In this document: positions 59,870-64,000 of the stretch, piece by piece
Layout: the number at the start of each line of letters is the position of its first letter
How positions within the stretch are numbered: the stretch's first letter is position 1
Assembly: GCA_037131555.1 (NCBI GenBank)
Contig: JBAXQU010000006.1
Span: 753 to 64,752 of the forward strand
Source: Bacteroidota bacterium
GTDB taxonomy: Bacteria > Bacteroidota > Bacteroidia > 2-12-FULL-35-15
Direction of reading: 5' to 3'
Length of the DNA: 64,000 nucleotides
Notes under the pieces: model-generated
Seen by the model: only the letters and a program-made list of their open reading frames with translations
Told to the model about the DNA's origin: nothing
The model's database searches: none
Translations under genes and position numbers: made by a program

Positions 59870-60922
59870 TTAAAAAATTGATACGTTAGGATTCCTCTTT
59901 CCAGAACCCATCCTAAACATTCCCACTTCTTTACTTTGCTGCAACAATCCCCTGTAAACCCCATCATCCTTTCCCTTCACTTGTCCGACAAAATTTATTT
60001 TTCCTTCAATCTTTTGTAATAGACTTTGCATTAATTTCTTGTCTACCTCCTTAAGGACATAATGTTTTTGTGTTGCTGCTTCAAGTCCATTTAGTTTTAT
60101 ATCATGTATTGTTGCACGGATATTTCTCACATATTTCCTATCAACATTTGTTTTTGCATTGACTTTTATTCCTGTAACAGTTTGTTGCCGAAACTTGCTT
60201 TGCATTCTGAACTTCTTTTCATTCAATTGGAATCCAAAAGCGGTTATTGATGCTTTTATTTGTGTGATTGCCTCATCACTGATGTTTTCGTTTGATGAAA
60301 AAGTCATGTCATCTGCATATCTTGTGTAGGTCAGTTTGTGCTCTTGTGCAATTGCCATAAGTTGCTTGTCAAGTGGAATGCAAATCAGATTGGAGACTAC
60401 AGGAGATGTCGGAGCACCCATCGGCAATCTTCCTTTGTAACAACAAATGAGGGCGAGGCATGTTGCCAGGTCGTCATTAAAGTTATAGGGGTGTTTCTTG
60501 AAAAACTCTCTTACCTGTATGGCAGAAATACTATGAAAGAAATCTTTGAGGTCAATATTAAGCACATACTTTTTATTCAAGTGATTTTTTGCATTTGAAA
60601 TAATAGTATGAGGTTTTGCATCCTCTTGATAAGATAATACAAAGCCATAGGCAGCCTCTGGTTTAATAATGCAATAGAGAGCCTGAAGAAATGAATTCAG
60701 ACGTTTTTGCAATTCTCTAAGTTGTAGGTTGGGAGACTCTATTGTTCTATACCCTTTTTTTTTCTTTGGAATCTTAAACTCAAAATAGCTTGCGTTTTTT
60801 ATTACCCCAATAAATTCAGGAAAATAACACATCAATAACTTCGACAATTCATTTGCACTTTTAAGTGAAAGGAATTTAACCGAGTTCTCGATAAGCTCTT
60901 TATGTTTAAGTATAGTTTTCAT
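59870..60922 (-). CDS. Retron-type reverse transcriptase
   Basis: RT motifs IPKKKKGYRTI, LNIDLKDFFHSI, LPMGAPTSPVVSN and YTRYADDMTFSS, plus the retron-typical NAKNH (NAxxH) and QTVTGIKVN (VTG) signatures. At 350 aa it has no maturase, endonuclease or other fused domain. Confidence 0.88.
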   Translation of the reverse strand: MKTILKHKELIENSVKFLSLKSANELSKLLMCYFPEFIGVIKNASYFEFKIPKKKKGYRTIESPNLQLRELQKRLNSFLQALYCIIKPEAAYGFVLSYQEDAKPHTIISNAKNHLNKKYVLNIDLKDFFHSISAIQVREFFKKHPYNFNDDLATCLALICCYKGRLPMGAPTSPVVSNLICIPLDKQLMAIAQEHKLTYTRYADDMTFSSNENISDEAITQIKASITAFGFQLNEKKFRMQSKFRQQTVTGIKVNAKTNVDRKYVRNIRATIHDIKLNGLEAATQKHYVLKEVDKKLMQSLLQKIEGKINFVGQVKGKDDGVYRGLLQQSKEVGMFRMGSGKRNPNVSIF

Positions 60923-60925
60923 TTT

Positions 60926-61095
60926 GAAAAAGGAAGAACCGATTGATTTTCTAAAAGAAGTTTGATGCTTTAGAATTTTTTATTTCAAAAAATTCTAAAG
61001 CATCTACTATTTCATCTCATTATGATGACGATTGCAGGTACACAATCAATAGCTTTAGTCCGCTCAAAATCTTCTTCGGTTCTATCCTTTTGTTT
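60926..61095 (-). ncRNA. Candidate retron msr-msd non-coding RNA
   Basis: Lies between the helicase stop and the RT start. The 5' arm (61066-61091) pairs with the 3' arm (60927-60950) as 15 + 6 bp. A perfect 18-bp hairpin at 60964-61004 has a 5-nt loop. Two 5-bp stem-loops lie in the 5' half. The 3' arm ends 4 nt before the RT ATG. Confidence 0.5.
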
Positions 61096-61108
61096 TATAA
61101 ATAAATTT

Positions 61109-62245
61109 TCAGAATGGGTGGTCTTCTTCAATATCATTAGACTTGCTTCCTCTATTCTTCAAATCAGTATTAAATTCATTCTTGCGCATATCCTTGAAGA
61201 ACTCTCCTTCAATTCCTGAAAAGAACGTTTCTTCATAGTCTTTGAATGAAGCAGATTTTGCAGTGAATCTGAGGCGAACAGTATCCAATGGCCCGCTCCT
61301 GTTTTTTGCAATGATTATATCTGCAATTCCCAATGTGCTGTTCCCCTCTCCGTCTTCTGTAATATTATAATATTCTGGGCGATGAAGGAAAAAAACTTTA
61401 TCAGCATCCTGCTCGATTGCTCCAGACTCACGCAGGTCAGAAAGAACAGGTCGCTTGTCTCCACCACGAGTCTCCACAGCCCTGCTAAGTTGGGAACTCA
61501 CAAATACGGCAACATTATATTTCCTTGCCATCCTTTTTAGTTCCCTGCAAATGGTGGCGATTTCCATTTCCCTATTCTCCCTCCTGCTTCTGGTTCTTAT
61601 CAACTGAAGGTAGTCAATGATTATGAGCTGGATTCCTTTCTCTCGCACAAGAAAATCGGTTCTTGAAATAATATCATCCAAAGAAAAAAAAGTGTCTTCA
61701 ATTGTGAGATTTGCAGTCTCCAGAATAGCTGATTTGCGAGAGATTTCCTGCAACTGATACTCTTCAAGTTTTTTCGATACAAGATGATGATAGCTGCAGT
61801 CAGCAATGTTACTAAGCATCCTGAGAAGCATATACTGAGCAGAGTTCTCAAGTGAGAAAAATGCTATTGGAGAATTTTTATTTAATATAGAATTTATCAT
61901 AATTGATACCATGAATGCTGACTTTCCCATTGCAGGACGAGCACCAAGAATTATTAATTCACCAAGAGGAAGGCCTCCTATAATTCTGTCCAAATCAGCA
62001 AACCCAGTTGGTACACAAGAAAACAAATTGCTTGTCTCGTTTGGTGTAACCACCTCCTTAACTGTTTCGCTGAGCAGTTCCTGAAAGTTGGATTCGTTTC
62101 TGTCATCTCTGTATTCATTATTCAGAGATAAGAACCTTGCTGTCCACTTGCTTAGCATCTCCTGCTCGGAAAGATTGTATTTTTTTATATCCAGCTCCAT
62201 TTCTTCAGGAATTCGAGAAAGCATTTCATTTAATTTTTTTGTCAT
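61109..62245 (-). CDS. DnaB-like helicase C-terminal (RecA-fold) protein lacking most of the DnaB N-terminal domain
   Basis: TGFADLDRIIGGLPLGELIILGARPAMGKSAF, IIIDYLQLI, SQLSRAVETRGGDKRPVLSDLRESGAIEQDADKV and IIAKNRSGP. Only about 85 aa precede the ATPase domain. Confidence 0.85.
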   Translation of the reverse strand: MTKKLNEMLSRIPEEMELDIKKYNLSEQEMLSKWTARFLSLNNEYRDDRNESNFQELLSETVKEVVTPNETSNLFSCVPTGFADLDRIIGGLPLGELIILGARPAMGKSAFMVSIMINSILNKNSPIAFFSLENSAQYMLLRMLSNIADCSYHHLVSKKLEEYQLQEISRKSAILETANLTIEDTFFSLDDIISRTDFLVREKGIQLIIIDYLQLIRTRSRRENREMEIATICRELKRMARKYNVAVFVSSQLSRAVETRGGDKRPVLSDLRESGAIEQDADKVFFLHRPEYYNITEDGEGNSTLGIADIIIAKNRSGPLDTVRLRFTAKSASFKDYEETFFSGIEGEFFKDMRKNEFNTDLKNRGSKSNDIEEDHPF

Positions 62246-62393
62246 GTGTTATAAATTTTGGTCAAAGGAATAGAATTATTTATTCTGTTTTTGTATTGTT
62301 TATAAATTAAAATATAATTATCAACATCTGATATTTGTTGCTCTGAATTACAATTTATGGAAGCATATAATTGAATTAAATTGTCCCATCCTA

Positions 62394-63389
62394 TTAAGCA
62401 ATATCCCTAAGCATTCCACTCTTTTCTTGCCAATAATATTTATGGTCATCCCTACGTGAATTGCGAAAATCAGGGTGGCATACAACCCTCCAGCTTTCTT
62501 TAATGGGCATTTGAATTCCTGGGACTTCAAGAAGCTTATATCCGCTATCTAATGGTTTATCTTTCCTTCTTAAAAGCTTTTCAGCACCTCTTGTCAATAG
62601 AACTTTTGTGTCAGGAATCGCATACAACAACTGATTCAAGTAATTAGATAATTTTATTTGATACCTCATTGGCTTTAATTTACCAATCGGGAAATAACTC
62701 GCATTTACCAATCCAACGCCACTTTCAGTGACAAGGTTCATAAATATATCCTCAGTGTTTTTAATGTTATTGTATTTCTGTGATAAAATATCTGTGCCAA
62801 AACCATTAAGTAGATAGCGACCTGAGCAATTTGGTTTTCTCGATTCCTTTAGGTCATTTTTACAGAAAGGTATTCCCATAGGGTCATTGGGATAAGGGTC
62901 TCGACCAATGAAAAGTATTTTTAATTTACCTCTGTTTGCTAAAAGGGAATCAAAATACTTTGGATAAATTTTTAACTTGTCATTAATAAGTTTGTTGTCC
63001 AATCTGTCATTCAGGTAAAATGCTAGTTCAGAAAATGTGTTTATGTTATCAGTGTCTAAATCATAAATTTGTATATCTAATGCTTGCTCAAGCTCCATAT
63101 AAAAGCCCATACAATCCCAGGAATAGTTGAGAAACTTATTTGAATAATAGTTGTTTAAATTCTCTCCCAGTTTTTTTGCTTCAGCTTTTCTTGCAAGTTG
63201 AAACATATCTTCTTCAGCAATTTCATCAGGTTTAAGCTCCAGATAGTTTTCAAATACTCTTTTTAAAAGAAAAATTAAATTGGTTATGTCAGTCAAATTT
63301 GCTGACTTTTCTTTAGAAAAATTCGCTGGTAGAACTTTACCTTGTACCTCTAGCTCCTTTTGAACTTTAACTTTTTCTCTTGGCTTCAT
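62394..63389 (-). CDS. Divergent UDG-superfamily domain protein with a ~160-aa N-terminal extension of unknown function
   Basis: Four collinear blocks match the window's own ung: FIGRDPYP / IGQDPYH, GVGLVN / GILLLN, KVLLTRG / IVFLLWG, CHPD / AHPS, with similar spacing. I prefer the start at 63389 (1 nt after the WYL stop); the alternative is 63410. Confidence 0.55.
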   Translation of the reverse strand: MKPREKVKVQKELEVQGKVLPANFSKEKSANLTDITNLIFLLKRVFENYLELKPDEIAEEDMFQLARKAEAKKLGENLNNYYSNKFLNYSWDCMGFYMELEQALDIQIYDLDTDNINTFSELAFYLNDRLDNKLINDKLKIYPKYFDSLLANRGKLKILFIGRDPYPNDPMGIPFCKNDLKESRKPNCSGRYLLNGFGTDILSQKYNNIKNTEDIFMNLVTESGVGLVNASYFPIGKLKPMRYQIKLSNYLNQLLYAIPDTKVLLTRGAEKLLRRKDKPLDSGYKLLEVPGIQMPIKESWRVVCHPDFRNSRRDDHKYYWQEKSGMLRDIA

Positions 63390-63390
63390 T

Positions 63391-64000
63391 TTAGTACCGA
63401 TTTGATGCATCTTGATGGGCAGCCTTGATTTTATTCATTAATATTTTTGGTTTGATAACTTTTACATTATCTCCGTGGGAAAGCAGTTCCATTATGAAAT
63501 CATAAGTAATAAAAAGTTTAAGTTTAATTTGTAGTTCTTCTTCTGTATCCTTTATAATCTGCTGTGTTGAATGCAACGGAAGGGTTTTAATAAACTTGCC
63601 TTGCAAAGCAGTAAAACTTAAAATGATTTCGTACGGAGCAGCTTCATTTGGGCTTATAATACCAAAACAATAACGATAATTTTCTTCCACCTGGTTAAGG
63701 TTCTTTTGCTCATACTTTGATATAGTTATTTCCAAATTAGATAATCTGTCCAGAGCAAAACTTTTCAATGTATCATCTTTGAGGTCTTTTGCCATCACAT
63801 ACCACCTGGATTTGAATTCCTTCAAAACATAGGGTTCAACATGGCGAGTGCTTGAATCTTGTTCCCAGAATTTCTTGTAGATAAATTTTATTTTAAGTTT
63901 ATTTTTGATTGCGTGAAGCAATCCGTATAGGTTCTCTGTGCCCTGCGGCTGGCGACTTTCAAGATGTATGAATGGCTTAAGGTCTTGTGCCAGGTTAAGA
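63391..64000 (-). CDS. WYL-domain transcriptional regulator, C-terminal part; the N-terminus is outside the window
   Basis: The frame stays open from 63921 to base 63999, the last complete codon before the window edge. ...IKFIYKKF....STRHVEPYVLKEFKSRWYVMAKD... is the WYL core. Confidence 0.75.
   Translation of the reverse strand, partial: LNLAQDLKPFIHLESRQPQGTENLYGLLHAIKNKLKIKFIYKKFWEQDSSTRHVEPYVLKEFKSRWYVMAKDLKDDTLKSFALDRLSNLEITISKYEQKNLNQVEENYRYCFGIISPNEAAPYEIILSFTALQGKFIKTLPLHSTQQIIKDTEEELQIKLKLFITYDFIMELLSHGDNVKVIKPKILMNKIKAAHQDASNRY

Larger units (their letters stand above)
41834..64000. mobile_element. Integrative genomic island (possible IME/ICE or satellite-like element). The left end carries the integrase; the right end lies outside the window.
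   Basis: Integrase plus excisionase-like gene at the boundary with core genes. Content is typical of mobile elements (AbiE, ArdC, DUF2958, serine recombinase, retron RT, DnaB-like helicase). The sequence is visibly more AT-rich than the left 41 kb. Confidence 0.7.

Noticed and set aside
60964-61004. The 18-bp perfect hairpin as a simple intrinsic terminator of the DnaB-like gene
   Set aside because: This is not fully excluded. However, the hairpin is not followed by a U-tract (AAACUUCUUUU), it lies about 100 nt after the stop, and it is nested inside a 21-bp long-range helix that ends at the RT start. That fits a retron msd better. It is kept as the alternative hypothesis in the finding.

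Overview
This is a low-GC chromosomal segment of Bacteroidota type. Many genes carry TAnnTTTG -7 boxes, there are PKD-like surface repeats, and DAHP synthase is fused to chorismate mutase. Bases 1-41.7 kb are core genome: a partial giant surface protein; an H-NOX / HNOBA hybrid histidine kinase signalling cluster with several receiver proteins; sucAB; a glycosyltransferase pair; kynA; DAHP synthase/chorismate mutase; dxr; rseP; ung; lipA; a POT transporter; selU-selD; rnc-fabF-acpP; purN; rnhA and others. This part also holds an 8 x 42-bp palindrome-bearing tandem array at about 20.25 kb. From about 41.8 kb to the window end lies a visibly more AT-rich integrative island whose right end is outside the window. 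It carries a tyrosine integrase and excisionase-like gene, Gp37/Gp68, AbiEi/AbiEii, a DUF2779 nuclease and a serine recombinase. Next comes a block of about 10 small unknown ORFs plus DUF2958 and ArdC, in which nearly every gene is preceded by the same 30-bp promoter-like element (9 copies). An iteron-like, GC-rich non-coding region follows, then a PD-(D/E)xK operon flanked by two paralogous small genes. The island ends in a minus-strand module: WYL regulator, divergent UDG-like protein, truncated DnaB-like helicase, structured ~170-nt RNA, retron-type reverse transcriptase, 121-aa protein. The retron module, with neighbours unlike the effector classes I recognise, and the repeated-promoter small-ORF block are the best candidates for undescribed biology. 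All calls come from reading the translated ORFs and the DNA by eye; no database search was possible.
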